This document shows, in pieces, positions 1 through 9,276 of a stretch of 64,000 nucleotides of DNA. Numbering within the stretch: position 1 is the first letter of the stretch; each line of letters begins with the position of its first letter. Made by a program: the position numbers and the translations under genes. This stretch comes from an uncultured Clostridia bacterium (GTDB lineage: Bacteria > Bacillota > Clostridia > Christensenellales > UBA1242), in the NCBI GenBank assembly GCA_937896905.1, contig CALBOE010000006.1:382232-446231 (forward strand), given 5' to 3'. The notes below the pieces were generated by a model. The model ran no database searches and was not told the origin of the DNA. It saw nothing but the letters and a program-made list of their open reading frames with translations.

Positions 1-1
1 T

Positions 2-715
2 AACTTGCTTCCTTTAGATGCGGACGAAAAAATAAATACCATTTTAAGTTACGAAGCGGGCGAAGATAAGTATTTAATACTTGCAACCAAACAAGGATTA
101 ATTAAGAAAACCAAAATAAGCGAGTTCGAAAATGTTAGAAGAAATGGTAAAATTGCCATTAAATTGCTAGAAGACGATAGATTGGTTTCAGCAAGAGTGG
201 TTTCAGCTGGCGAAGAATTATTAATGGCAGGTAGCAATGGTAAATGCTTGCGTTTCAGCGAAAAATCAGTTAGAACTCTTGGCAGAACTGCACACGGCGT
301 TAAAGCTATGAAAATAGACGACAACGAAAGCATTGTTGATATGGTTGTTTTAGACGCAAATAAAGACATATTAACAGTAACAGAAAATGGCTATGCAAAG
401 CGCAGCAGGCCAGAAGATTACCGTTTGCAAGGAAGGCGTGGCAAAGGTGTTAAAGCTGGTGTGTTTAACGAAAAAACCGGTAAAGTTGTGGCATTAAGAA
501 TTGTAACTGCCGAAAACGACATTCTTGCAATTTCTGGAGATGGCGTTATGATAAGAACTTCTGCGGAATCTATCAACCTTGTTGGAAGAACAAGTTTAGG
601 TGTTCGACTAATGAAAGTTAGTGCTAGCGATAAAGTTGTTAGCGTGGAAGTTGTTGAGCGCGACCAAAAAGAATTGTTTGAAGATGGCGACATTCAAGAA
701 GAAAACAACGAATAA
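2..715 (+). CDS. gyrA: DNA gyrase subunit A, C-terminal beta-pinwheel domain (5' end cut by window edge)
   Basis: Frame open to window start. Repeated blade-like segments and 'YRLQGRRGKGVKAG' (QxRGGKG-type motif). Acidic tail 'EDGDIQEENNE'. Confidence 0.9.
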   Translation, partial: NLLPLDADEKINTILSYEAGEDKYLILATKQGLIKKTKISEFENVRRNGKIAIKLLEDDRLVSARVVSAGEELLMAGSNGKCLRFSEKSVRTLGRTAHGVKAMKIDDNESIVDMVVLDANKDILTVTENGYAKRSRPEDYRLQGRRGKGVKAGVFNEKTGKVVALRIVTAENDILAISGDGVMIRTSAESINLVGRTSLGVRLMKVSASDKVVSVEVVERDQKELFEDGDIQEENNE

Positions 716-893
716 ATTTAATTAATTAAAAATATAAAAAAATTAATTATAAATATAAGAAGAATCAAAAAATAAGCAAAAATAAATGAAAATTTAAAAT
801 TAATTAACAAAAATTAATAAAAAAAATGAAATATTTAATTAAAAAACTATAAAAATTAAGTATTTAATTATAATTTAAGGAATAAATTTATAT

Positions 894-1787
894 ATGACTG
901 TTGCAAAATCATCAATAACTAAATTATTGGTTGTGTTGTTGCTGATTGCAACAGCCTTTTGCTTTTCGGCTTGTGCCAAAGTTAATGCCGGTGTTATTGT
1001 TAATGCCGACGGAACAATTAATGAAGTGGTAACTGTAAGTTTAAATATCGATACGTTATTACAACAAGGCTACACCGTCACAGACATTCAAAATTTGAAA
1101 GACGACATTTCAACAACTGCGCAAATGGAAGCGTCAGGTTTAATACAGGATTTTGTTAATATAATTAATTGGCGCATTGCAACCAACGCCTACACAGATG
1201 AAACAATTGAAATTCTAAACGAATATAAACAAGCGGTAAAGGTTGTTAAGGCAGATTGGAAGAACAATGTGTTTGCAATTGGGTTAAAGTTTGCAGGCAA
1301 AGATGTTTATAATTATTATTATAACATTCCTTCAACTTCCAGTCTGCAATTGCAAGCTGAAAAGCATTTTCTTTACACTAAATATTACTATTATGCAAGC
1401 ACAATGTTTGCCGATAACATTAGTTTGTATCAAAAACTGAATGTTCACTTTTCGCTTAATTATAGCGAGTTTATAGATAGTGGAGCTAACGAATTAAGTT
1501 TTACCTATGCAACCGATAGCAGGCGAGAACATAGCAATGCCACCAGCATTGTTAAAGGCGGAGATGGACTTTATTATCATACTTGGATTGTGCCGGCGGA
1601 CAATGTTAACATGCCGGTTATGATATATTATAACGTTGCAAACAGTGCACGATGCATTATGCTTTGCGTTGGAGCTTCTCTAATTGTTAGTGCAGTGCTA
1701 GTTGCTGTTGGGTTTATAATAATAAAAGTGAAAAACAAAAGCCAAAATAAACACAATGAACAAAACGAGTTAAACGAACAGGGCTAA
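894..1787 (+). CDS. Putative lipoprotein with C-terminal membrane anchor, function unknown
   Basis: N-terminal signal with lipobox-like 'CFSAC', C-terminal hydrophobic helix 'LCVGASLIVSAVLVAVGFIIIKV'. AGGA-type RBS about 8 nt upstream of the ATG. Confidence 0.6.
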   Translation: MTVAKSSITKLLVVLLLIATAFCFSACAKVNAGVIVNADGTINEVVTVSLNIDTLLQQGYTVTDIQNLKDDISTTAQMEASGLIQDFVNIINWRIATNAYTDETIEILNEYKQAVKVVKADWKNNVFAIGLKFAGKDVYNYYYNIPSTSSLQLQAEKHFLYTKYYYYASTMFADNISLYQKLNVHFSLNYSEFIDSGANELSFTYATDSRREHSNATSIVKGGDGLYYHTWIVPADNVNMPVMIYYNVANSARCIMLCVGASLIVSAVLVAVGFIIIKVKNKSQNKHNEQNELNEQG

Positions 1788-1820
1788 ATTAAAACTAAAA
1801 ATCACTACGGTTTTAGAATA

Positions 1821-1852
1821 AAAAAATCACAACAGTTTAGTTGTGATTTTTT
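1821..1852. terminator. Bidirectional rho-independent terminator
   Basis: Stem ATCACAAC (1826-1833) pairs with GTTGTGAT (1840-1847). A-run upstream, T-run downstream. Confidence 0.75.
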
Positions 1853-2012
1853 ACCAGTCGTAACGTCTGGACGGAATTTTAATGTCGTCGTAAAATTGAA
1901 GATAGTTATCTTTAAACCTATCTTGTTCGGGTGATTTTTTTTGAAAGTTTTTGTTAAGTTTAAATTTAACTTTGCCTTTGGGAAGTTTTTTTCTAATTTT
2001 AACCTTTTTCAT
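1851..2012 (-). CDS. Possible small basic protein (53 aa), below ORF-track cutoff
   Basis: Hand translation: MKKVKIRKKLPKGKVKFKLNKNFQKKSPEQDRFKDNYLQFYDDIKIPSRRYDW. The stop abuts the 1821-1852 hairpin. No clear RBS. Confidence 0.3.
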   Translation of the reverse strand: MKKVKIRKKLPKGKVKFKLNKNFQKKSPEQDRFKDNYLQFYDDIKIPSRRYDW

Positions 2013-2287
2013 ATTGCAATTGTAACATAAATTGTAAAATTGTCAAGGTTTATTTATTGAATTAAAAACTAAAAAAATTAAAAGCATAAAAATAATATTA
2101 AAAAAACGAAATTCTGCATCTAAAATAATAAAAAGTTAATTTTTATTGGATTTTTGCTTAAATTTTTATTAAATTTAATAATTTATTTTTAATTTTATTG
2201 TTGTTTTTTATAAAGTTTTATATTAGAGATATAATTATTTCAATTATTTTATTATTATTTTAATAATTTTTAGCTTAAGCTTAGGCA

Positions 2288-2313
2288 ATAAAAAATCCTG
2301 CCGAAGCAAGATT
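2288..2313 (-). terminator. Rho-independent terminator downstream of nrdG
   Basis: Stem ATCCTGC/GCAAGAT (one mismatch), loop CGAA. The A-run at 2288-2295 is a T-run on the minus strand. Confidence 0.6.
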
Positions 2314-2326
2314 TTTCAAAGGTTCC

Positions 2327-2884
2327 TTAATTAATTTTTGTAAAAGCGTTAGATTTTTTTTCATTATAAGGGCTTAGAACAACGGAGTTTTGTTGCAAGC
2401 TTTTTTGAACGTCAATCACTCTTTGATTGTTACTTCCTTTAAAGCGCAAAGTTATATCTTTTTTTTCTTCCACAAACTCTCCGTCAACTAAAACGTCGAT
2501 GTAGGAAAGGAACTCTCTTGTCCATGGGCAGTGAGCTCTGCTTGGAGCCAATAGTTCACTATCATATAGGTAACCAGAGTAGCACCAAATGGTTTTGTTT
2601 GGGTATAATTTCTTAACTTGTTTAACAAATTCTAACAAACATTTTTGGTTGGCTGGTTCCATTGGCTCTCCACCCAAAAGAGTTAATCCGTTTATATGTT
2701 CTGGGGCTAAACTATCTATAATTTTCTGCTGAACTTCTTCATTAAATGGCTTGCCATAATTAAAGTCCCAAGTTTCTGGATTAAAGCAGTTTTTGCAGTG
2801 ATGAGTGCAACCACTCACAAATAGAGAGGTTCTAACTCCCTCTCCATTTGCAATGTCGTTAAACTTAATATTTGAATAATTCAT
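2327..2884 (-). CDS. nrdG: Anaerobic ribonucleoside-triphosphate reductase activating protein (radical SAM)
   Basis: 'GCTHHCKNCFNPETW' CX3CX2C cluster. Typical NrdG N-terminus 'FNDIANGEGVRTSLFVSGC'. Located downstream of nrdD. Confidence 0.93.
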   Translation of the reverse strand: MNYSNIKFNDIANGEGVRTSLFVSGCTHHCKNCFNPETWDFNYGKPFNEEVQQKIIDSLAPEHINGLTLLGGEPMEPANQKCLLEFVKQVKKLYPNKTIWCYSGYLYDSELLAPSRAHCPWTREFLSYIDVLVDGEFVEEKKDITLRFKGSNNQRVIDVQKSLQQNSVVLSPYNEKKSNAFTKIN

Positions 2885-3038
2885 AATGATTAAAATATTC
2901 CTAAAAATTCATTTTATTGCAAAATTAAATTAATAAATAAGTAATTTTTATGTAATTTTTTGCAATTTTATATATTTTTTATGTAATTTTTGATTAATTT
3001 AATATAATTTTTATATATTTTTTAATTTTTTTTGAGAT

Positions 3039-5204
3039 TTATAAATGTAAAACCCTGTCTTTAATTTCTTGGGTTCTGCCTTGGTTCCAGAATTGGCTTC
3101 CAATGTATCCGCATGTTCTTCTTGCCACGTTCATTTTGCTTTGATCGGTATTTCCGCAATTTGGGCATTTCCAAATAAGTTTGCCATCTCTATCTTCGTC
3201 AATCAAAATTTCTCCGTCGTAGCCACAAACTTGGCAGTAATCTGATTTTGTGTTAAGTTCGGCGTACATAATGTTATCGTAAATGAATTTAATAACTTGC
3301 ATAACGGCTTCTAAGTTGTTTTGCATATTTGGAACTTCAACATAACTAATTGCGCCACCTGCCGAAAGGTCTTGGAATTGGCTTTCGAATTTAAGTTTTG
3401 CAAAGGCATCGATAGGTTCTGTTACGTGCACGTGATAGCTGTTTGTTATGTAGCTTCTATCGGTAACATCTGGAATAATGCCAAATCTTTTTTGCAAGCA
3501 CTTTGCAAATTTATATGTGGTGCTTTCAAGCGGTGTGCCATATAATGCAAATCCAATATTAGTTTGCTTTTTCCATTTTGCAATGGCTGAATTCATGTAT
3601 TTCATAACTTCTAGTGCGAATGGTGTTGCATCTGGGTGAGTGTGAGATTTACCAGTCATATATTTTACGCATTCATAAAGCCCTGCATAGCCCAAGGAAA
3701 TGCTTGAATATCCTCCATAAAGCAATTTATCAATAGTTTCGCCTGGTTTTAAACGGGCAATTGTGCCGTGTTGCCACAAAATTGGAGCAACATCACTTGG
3801 AGTGCCTTTTAGGCGGTTGTGCCTGCACATTAAGGCTTCGAAGCAAAGGTTAAGACGTTCGTCAAACACTTTCCAAAACTTTTTATAGTCGCCACCACTG
3901 CTTAAAGCAACGTCTGGCAAGTTAATTGTAACAACGCCTTGATTAAATCTTCCATAGAATTTATAGTTGCCATTTTCGTCTTTCCAAGGCGCAAGATTGC
4001 TTCGGCAACCCATAACTGGGAAGCAGTTGCCTTCTTTAAGTTCTTTCATTTTCTTTTCGCTGATATAATCTGGAACAAGGCGTTTTGCAGTGCATTTTGC
4101 TGCAAGTTGGGTTAGATAGTAGTATTTGCTGTTTGGGTGGATATTGTCTTCTTCCAAAACATAAATAATTTTTGGGAACGCTGGGGTTATGTAAACTCCC
4201 TTTTCGTTTTTAACGCCTTGATAGCGTTGTTCTAAAGTTTCTTCAATAATAAGTGCTAAATCTTCACGTTCTTGTTCGTTTTTGGCTTCGCCAAGATATA
4301 AAAATTCTGTAACAAAAGGTGCTTGACCATTGGTGGTCATAAGCGTAATAACTTGATATTGTATGGTTTGAACACCACGGTTAATTTCTTTTCTAACCCT
4401 TTCTTCGGTTATTTTGTGAAGCAAATCGTCATCTACACGGCCGGCAGCGGCTAAAAGTTCCCGTTTAACTTCTTTGCGGATTTTTTGACGGCTAACATCA
4501 ACAAATGGTGCAAGGTGAGCTAGTGAAATGCTTTGCCCGCCATATTGGCTTGAAGCTACTTGTGCCACAATTTGAGTTGCAATGTTGCATGCTGTTGAGA
4601 AAGAGTGAGGGCGTTCGATTAAGGTGCTAGAAATTACTGTGCCGTTGTTTAACATATCTTCAAGGTTAACAAGGTCGCAATTGTGCATTCTTTGAGCAAA
4701 GTAATCGGCATCGTGGAAGTGAATTAATCCTTCTTCGTGAGCTTTCCAAATATGATTTGGGAGTAAAAATCTTTTAGTAAGGTCCTTGCTCATTTCGCCA
4801 GCCATATAGTCGCGCTGCACGCTATTTACGGTTGGATTTTTATTAGAATTTTCTTGTTTAATTTCTTCATTTTGGCAATCGATAAGCGAAAGAACTTGAT
4901 TATCGGTTGTGTTTGCTTGGCGTGCCAATTGGCGGTTGTATCTATAGGTGATATAATTTTTGGCAACTTGGTATGCACCTTGTTTCATAATTGCAAATTC
5001 AACATAATCTTGAATTTCTTCCACGCCAACGGCTCTGCCCATTGCTTCGCACTCAGCCACAACTTGCTTAACAATTTCTGCAATTTGGTTTTCGGATAAT
5101 CTTTTGCTTAGTTCGTCAATGCTGTTGTTTGCTTTTGTAACTGCAACTTGAATTTTGGCAGCGTCGAAAACAACTTCTTGACCGTTTCTTTTGATAACTT
5201 TCAT
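3039..5204 (-). CDS. nrdD: Anaerobic ribonucleoside-triphosphate reductase, class III
   Basis: N-terminal ATP-cone 'MKVIKRNGQEVVFDAAKI'. C-terminal Zn ribbon 'CQVCGYDG...CPNCG'. Glycyl-radical motif 'RRTCGYIG'. Confidence 0.95.
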   Translation of the reverse strand: MKVIKRNGQEVVFDAAKIQVAVTKANNSIDELSKRLSENQIAEIVKQVVAECEAMGRAVGVEEIQDYVEFAIMKQGAYQVAKNYITYRYNRQLARQANTTDNQVLSLIDCQNEEIKQENSNKNPTVNSVQRDYMAGEMSKDLTKRFLLPNHIWKAHEEGLIHFHDADYFAQRMHNCDLVNLEDMLNNGTVISSTLIERPHSFSTACNIATQIVAQVASSQYGGQSISLAHLAPFVDVSRQKIRKEVKRELLAAAGRVDDDLLHKITEERVRKEINRGVQTIQYQVITLMTTNGQAPFVTEFLYLGEAKNEQEREDLALIIEETLEQRYQGVKNEKGVYITPAFPKIIYVLEEDNIHPNSKYYYLTQLAAKCTAKRLVPDYISEKKMKELKEGNCFPVMGCRSNLAPWKDENGNYKFYGRFNQGVVTINLPDVALSSGGDYKKFWKVFDERLNLCFEALMCRHNRLKGTPSDVAPILWQHGTIARLKPGETIDKLLYGGYSSISLGYAGLYECVKYMTGKSHTHPDATPFALEVMKYMNSAIAKWKKQTNIGFALYGTPLESTTYKFAKCLQKRFGIIPDVTDRSYITNSYHVHVTEPIDAFAKLKFESQFQDLSAGGAISYVEVPNMQNNLEAVMQVIKFIYDNIMYAELNTKSDYCQVCGYDGEILIDEDRDGKLIWKCPNCGNTDQSKMNVARRTCGYIGSQFWNQGRTQEIKDRVLHL

Positions 5205-5247
5205 TTTTTCTCCCCTTTATTATTTTTATCAAGTAAAATCCTTTTGT

Positions 5248-5276
5248 TTGACTTTACACCTCTATTATACTATAAT
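5248..5276 (+). promoter_or_regulatory. Sigma-70-type promoter for the Crp/Fnr gene
   Basis: TTGACT (5248-5253), 17-nt spacer, TATAAT (5271-5276). Confidence 0.65.
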
Positions 5277-5319
5277 GAAAATGTAAAAAGTGTTGTTTTT
5301 ACAACAAAATGGAGAATTT

Positions 5320-5991
5320 GTGAAATATTTTCAAGAGTTAAGCGAAACAAAAATTTTTAAAGATTCGTTGGAATTTGAGTGCCAAGCAATGATGTATTGT
5401 TTTAAAACAAGGTTCAAAACAGTTGACAAAAATGAAAAAATTATTACGCAGGGCGACGAAATGACCGACGTTGTTTTGCTGGTTAAGGGAAGTGCAATTG
5501 CCCAGAATGTAGATAGATTAGGCAATATTTCTATTTTAATGAGATATAAAAAAGGGGAGGCGTATGGTATAGAATCTGCCTATGCTGGAGATTTGGTTTA
5601 TAAAGAAAGTTTAATTGCCACCGAAAAATGTTTAGTACTATTTTTGAATAAGCACAGAATAATAACTCCTTGCAGCAACCGTTGTAAGCGGCATGATGTG
5701 GTTGTTAAAAATCTTATGAAAATTGTTGCGGAAAACAATTATAAGCTATTAGATAAGCTAACACACATGAGCAAAAAAACAATTAGGGACAAACTTCTCT
5801 CCTATTTGAGTTCGGTTAGCGAAAAGGCGGGTAGTCACTATTTTGAAATTCCGTATAATGTAACCGAACTTGCAAATTATCTTTCTGTGGATAGAAGTGC
5901 GCTTTCTAATGAGCTTAGCAAACTATCAAAAGAAGGGATTATAGACTACGACAAAAAACAATATCGTCTTATTAAAGTTAAAGAATATTAA
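5320..5991 (+). CDS. Crp/Fnr family transcriptional regulator
   Basis: cNMP-binding-like N-domain and C-terminal HTH 'VTELANYLSVDRSALSNELSKLSKEGII'. Start moved to the GTG at 5320, which has GGAGA (5311-5315) upstream. The ORF track begins at 5290. Confidence 0.85.
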   Translation: MKYFQELSETKIFKDSLEFECQAMMYCFKTRFKTVDKNEKIITQGDEMTDVVLLVKGSAIAQNVDRLGNISILMRYKKGEAYGIESAYAGDLVYKESLIATEKCLVLFLNKHRIITPCSNRCKRHDVVVKNLMKIVAENNYKLLDKLTHMSKKTIRDKLLSYLSSVSEKAGSHYFEIPYNVTELANYLSVDRSALSNELSKLSKEGIIDYDKKQYRLIKVKEY

Positions 5992-6058
5992 AAAATGCCA
6001 AATGGCATTTTTTGTTTTGTATGTAGTTGGTTAAACATTTATGATGGTTAATTATTCA

Positions 6059-6904
6059 TTATTTTTCTTTTCCTTCAAAGAAAACCGCAAGAAGCCCAGG
6101 GCCTGTGTGGCAAGCAATAACTTGTGTTAAAGGTGTTATTATTGGTATAATCCCAACCCTGTTGTTAATTTGCTTTGCAAGTTCGTTGGCTTCGTCCACA
6201 CATTCTGCATGGGTTATAAAAATTCTTTCTTTATTTGTAACTTTTTCGGCACAAATGCTAGCAAGTTCGGCAATGGATTTTTTTCTTCCAACAACCTTTT
6301 TGTATGCAACCAATCTTCCTTGGTTATCCACGTGCAAAATTGGCTTAATTTGAAGAACAGAGCCAATAAATCCAGAAAGTTTTGTAACTCGTCCGCCACG
6401 AACCAAATATTTTAATTGCTCAACTGTGAAAAATGCACACGAATAGTTTTTAAATGTTTCAAGTTCTGCAACAATTTCGTTTATGGTTTTGCCTTGTTTC
6501 ATTAGGTCGTGCGCTTTAAGCACAAGCATGCCTTCACCAAGCGAAGCGTTTAAACTGTTAAAAACAACAAGTTTGTTTTTGTGGGTTTTGTTTAGTTCTT
6601 CTGCAACGCTAATCATAGTTTCTGTGTTTCCGCTTAACGCTGTGGAAAAACTGACGTGCAAAACATCTTCGCCAAAACTTAGCAGGTTTTCAAAATAGGC
6701 GGTTGCGTCCTGACGGTTTATTTGTGCGGTTTTTGGCACTGCACCATCTCGCATTTTGCCATAGAAGAACTGGTTAGAAAGTTCTGGGCTTAAATCGTCG
6801 TAGATATTGCCTTCTAAATATATTTGCATAGGAATCATTTTTATTCCTAGTTCGCCATACATTTGTTGGGGAAGGTTGGAGGTTGAGTCGGTTGATAAAA
6901 TCAT
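6059..6904 (-). CDS. DegV family fatty-acid-binding protein
   Basis: DegV-like layout, e.g. 'ILSTDSTSNLPQQM...IKMIPMQIYLEG' and 'VEQLKYLVRGGRV'. GGAG RBS. Confidence 0.9.
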   Translation of the reverse strand: MILSTDSTSNLPQQMYGELGIKMIPMQIYLEGNIYDDLSPELSNQFFYGKMRDGAVPKTAQINRQDATAYFENLLSFGEDVLHVSFSTALSGNTETMISVAEELNKTHKNKLVVFNSLNASLGEGMLVLKAHDLMKQGKTINEIVAELETFKNYSCAFFTVEQLKYLVRGGRVTKLSGFIGSVLQIKPILHVDNQGRLVAYKKVVGRKKSIAELASICAEKVTNKERIFITHAECVDEANELAKQINNRVGIIPIITPLTQVIACHTGPGLLAVFFEGKEK

Positions 6905-6912
6905 AATTCTCC

Positions 6913-8169
6913 TTATTTTTTTGTAAGTTTAACAAAGGTTTCCACACTGCTTGTGTTTGGAAACATATCAAAAGGTGTTATTTCTTCAATGGTATAATCT
7001 TCAATAATTTCCCTTAAATCTTTGGCAAGGGCAATAGGGTTGCAAGATATATAGATTAAATTTTTAACGCCATTAATTTGTTGCATAACTTTTTTCCCAC
7101 AGCCTTTTTTTGCTGGGTCTAAAATAATTGTATCACATTTAGGTAAAAGATTTGTTAATTTTTGGTTAAAATCTCCTAAAAAGTTTGTTAAATTTGTAAT
7201 TTTATTGTCGTTTTTTAGTTTTTCGGCAGATAAGTGTGCCGATTTTTCAATTTCTATGCCAAAAACTTGTTTTGCTTTGGTTGCAATTATTGCCGAAAGA
7301 AGCCCTGCTCCGCTAAATCCGTTTAGCACCACCGAATTGGCAGAAATGTGGCTTAGAACTTTTGAGTATATTTTATTTTGAATGTCTTCGTTTGTTTGGT
7401 GAAATGCTAAAAGATCAACCGCATATTTAATGCCAAAGTTTTCAATGTTAATTATTTTTTTACCTGCAAGGTGAATGGTTTTTCCAGAAAGAACAACGCT
7501 GTCCTTTCTTGTGTTAATAATAAGGTAAAGCCCAAAATCCACACCGTTGTTAATAAGTGATGTGGAAAATGTGGACAAATCTATTTTTTCTGTTGCAACA
7601 ACACCAATAAGGGCGGTGTTGTTAATAAACCTAACAACCAAGTTTTTAATTTTTCCACTTTTTGTGTTTACGGTTTGCTTAAACAAAGCGTATATTTGGT
7701 TTATGGCGCTGTTAACAAGCAGGCAATTTTCTATGTTAACAACAAATTTACTGTTTTTTGCATAAAACCCAGCACCATTTGCATTAAAATTGAAACTTGC
7801 TTTGTTGCGTTGATTGAATTGATGCGCACTTGCAACGCAGCAGGCAACTTCTGTTTCAATTCTTGCCACCTTTTTTAAAGTTTTTGCAACCAGCATTTGC
7901 TTAAAATTAAGTTGTTCTTCATAGTTCATATGTTGCAAGGCGCAACCGCCGCATTCTGTAAAATATGGGCAAGGTGGATTAACCCTGCTTTTGCTAGCGG
8001 TTAGTATTTTTGCAATTTTTCCAACACTGTAGTTAGAGTGGTCGGTTATAATTTTTGCCTGCACACTTTCGCCCATTAATCCGCCAGAAAGCAAACAAAT
8101 TTTGCCATTAATTTTGGCAACGCCTTCACCGTTCATTCCATAATCTATAATTTCAGTTTTAATATTCAC
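6913..8169 (-). CDS. 23S rRNA (uracil-C5)-methyltransferase, RumA/RlmD(CD) family
   Basis: N-terminal TRAM-like 'GEGVAKINGK'. Fe-S cysteines 'CPYFTECGGCALQH'. 'ILDPAKKGC' and catalytic 'YISCNP'. Confidence 0.88.
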   Translation of the reverse strand: MNIKTEIIDYGMNGEGVAKINGKICLLSGGLMGESVQAKIITDHSNYSVGKIAKILTASKSRVNPPCPYFTECGGCALQHMNYEEQLNFKQMLVAKTLKKVARIETEVACCVASAHQFNQRNKASFNFNANGAGFYAKNSKFVVNIENCLLVNSAINQIYALFKQTVNTKSGKIKNLVVRFINNTALIGVVATEKIDLSTFSTSLINNGVDFGLYLIINTRKDSVVLSGKTIHLAGKKIINIENFGIKYAVDLLAFHQTNEDIQNKIYSKVLSHISANSVVLNGFSGAGLLSAIIATKAKQVFGIEIEKSAHLSAEKLKNDNKITNLTNFLGDFNQKLTNLLPKCDTIILDPAKKGCGKKVMQQINGVKNLIYISCNPIALAKDLREIIEDYTIEEITPFDMFPNTSSVETFVKLTKK

Positions 8170-8242
8170 ATTTTAATTTTATAGGAAAACAGTTGATTTG
8201 TCAAACCCTGAACAAATGGCAGGGTTAAATTAATTTTGCATA

Positions 8243-8271
8243 TTGACAAACTAGCTATTAAGATTTATAAT
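8243..8271 (+). promoter_or_regulatory. Consensus sigma-70 promoter
   Basis: TTGACA (8243-8248), 17-nt spacer, TATAAT (8266-8271), upstream of the 8303 gene. Confidence 0.7.
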
Positions 8272-8302
8272 CCGTTTAAAATATTAAAAGGGGAGTGAGT
8301 TT

Positions 8303-9229
8303 GTGGAAAAATCGTTTATAGAGTTTGAAGATTTAGAACGGCGTGGAATTGCCGACAAATCGGGTTGCATAAGAACGGATAATCCACAAGTTCAATTTGT
8401 GAGAGGTTATGTGCAAGATGTGGATATATATTCCATAGAAAATATACCATATTATGTTAAAAAGTGGCGCAAAGAACAAAGCGTGCAAAGCATTGCTTCT
8501 GCAGAAATGTATGCCAATTTAGGCGTTGCAACTCCGCCAGTGTATGTGTTAAAAACAGAGAAGAAGTTGACAAATTCCTCCAACCTAGCAACAGCAAACC
8601 AAGACGTAACTTCGGCAACAGGATTGGTTTGCAAATTAGGTAAAGAGGTTTTGCAAAACTCGGGACTATTTAAAAGGTGCTTTGGCAAGTTTAAATGGGA
8701 AATGTTGTATAATAGCGATTTAAGGCAACAACTTTTACAAATTATGACGCCAGAATGTTTAGAAGAGGTTTTAATTTGTTGTACGCTGGCAGAAATAAGA
8801 ACTGATTGCGATGGGCATATTTTAAACTATTTCTTTGTTAAAAGTCCAGAAGCGGAAAGGTGGGAGCATTACATTCCAATAGACCTTGAAATGGCAAGAA
8901 TTCAGTGCCATGAAAAAACTCACACAAAAGATGGGTTTAGTAATTTTATTTATATCAATTATGCGTCTGCATTGCCATATAGTTTCATGCAAGACAATTT
9001 GCCATATATAACAAGGGTAAGAGAAGTTGGTATGGTGATAGATGACGGAGTGCTAAGTCCAAAAGTTGTGAATGTAATAAAACAAGCTTTGCAATATGAT
9101 TTTCCCAAACTAATATACAAAACAGCCAGCCGTGTGGGCGAAAAGAAAATTGCCCCAAAACAAAGGGATACGTTCGAAAGATTGTGGGAGCTTAATCGAA
9201 AAGAACTTGGTGGAATAATCGGGTTATAA
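8303..9229 (+). CDS. Hypothetical protein, possible HipA-like / protein-kinase-like fold
   Basis: GTG start with GGGGAG RBS. 'TDCDGHILNYFF' resembles the HipA 'TDGHAKNFS' catalytic loop. 'IPIDLE' lies 19 residues after the Asn (HipA 'PFYDI'). 'IASAEMY' loosely resembles the HipA 'VAGAQEK' loop. Confidence 0.6.
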   Translation: MEKSFIEFEDLERRGIADKSGCIRTDNPQVQFVRGYVQDVDIYSIENIPYYVKKWRKEQSVQSIASAEMYANLGVATPPVYVLKTEKKLTNSSNLATANQDVTSATGLVCKLGKEVLQNSGLFKRCFGKFKWEMLYNSDLRQQLLQIMTPECLEEVLICCTLAEIRTDCDGHILNYFFVKSPEAERWEHYIPIDLEMARIQCHEKTHTKDGFSNFIYINYASALPYSFMQDNLPYITRVREVGMVIDDGVLSPKVVNVIKQALQYDFPKLIYKTASRVGEKKIAPKQRDTFERLWELNRKELGGIIGL

Positions 9230-9276
9230 GTGTTGGCCAATTGGCATGCCGTTTAACAATAACAAAGGAGAAGTAT

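Noticed and set aside
716-893. Extremely A/T-rich intergenic blocks rich in AAAAATTAA-type words (also 2013-2326, 2885-3038, 47880-48024, 58749-58921, 61565-61742) as a dispersed repeat or IS remnant
   Set aside because: No defined unit, no terminal inverted repeats and no coding capacity. They look like low-complexity promoter or spacer DNA typical of a very low-GC genome. The nrdD-nrdG spacer does hold two TTTTTATGTAATTTTT copies, but that is weak evidence.
3321-5099. Antisense ORFs inside nrdD (3321-3545, 4854-5099), and similar nested or antisense ORFs elsewhere (e.g. 49-693 in gyrA, 6105-6698 in degV, 7547-7878, 12489-13543 opposite DUF368, 41073-41661 in aspS, 53826-55609 in xfp, 58216-58758 and 57322-58087 in relA, 59236-61346 in the ATPase, 62320-63275)
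   Set aside because: Each lies opposite to or inside a long ORF with strong family motifs. They lack RBSs and have low-complexity or hydrophobic composition typical of shadow ORFs.
5290-5319. Longer N-terminus of the Crp/Fnr gene (GTG at 5290), and long N-termini of ORFs 9241, 18961, 23953, 25924, 38373, 40138, 45860, 48025, 55924 and 58748
   Set aside because: In each case an internal ATG or GTG has a properly spaced GGAG-type RBS while the upstream start has none. Several upstream extensions also overlap promoters, terminators or the preceding gene.
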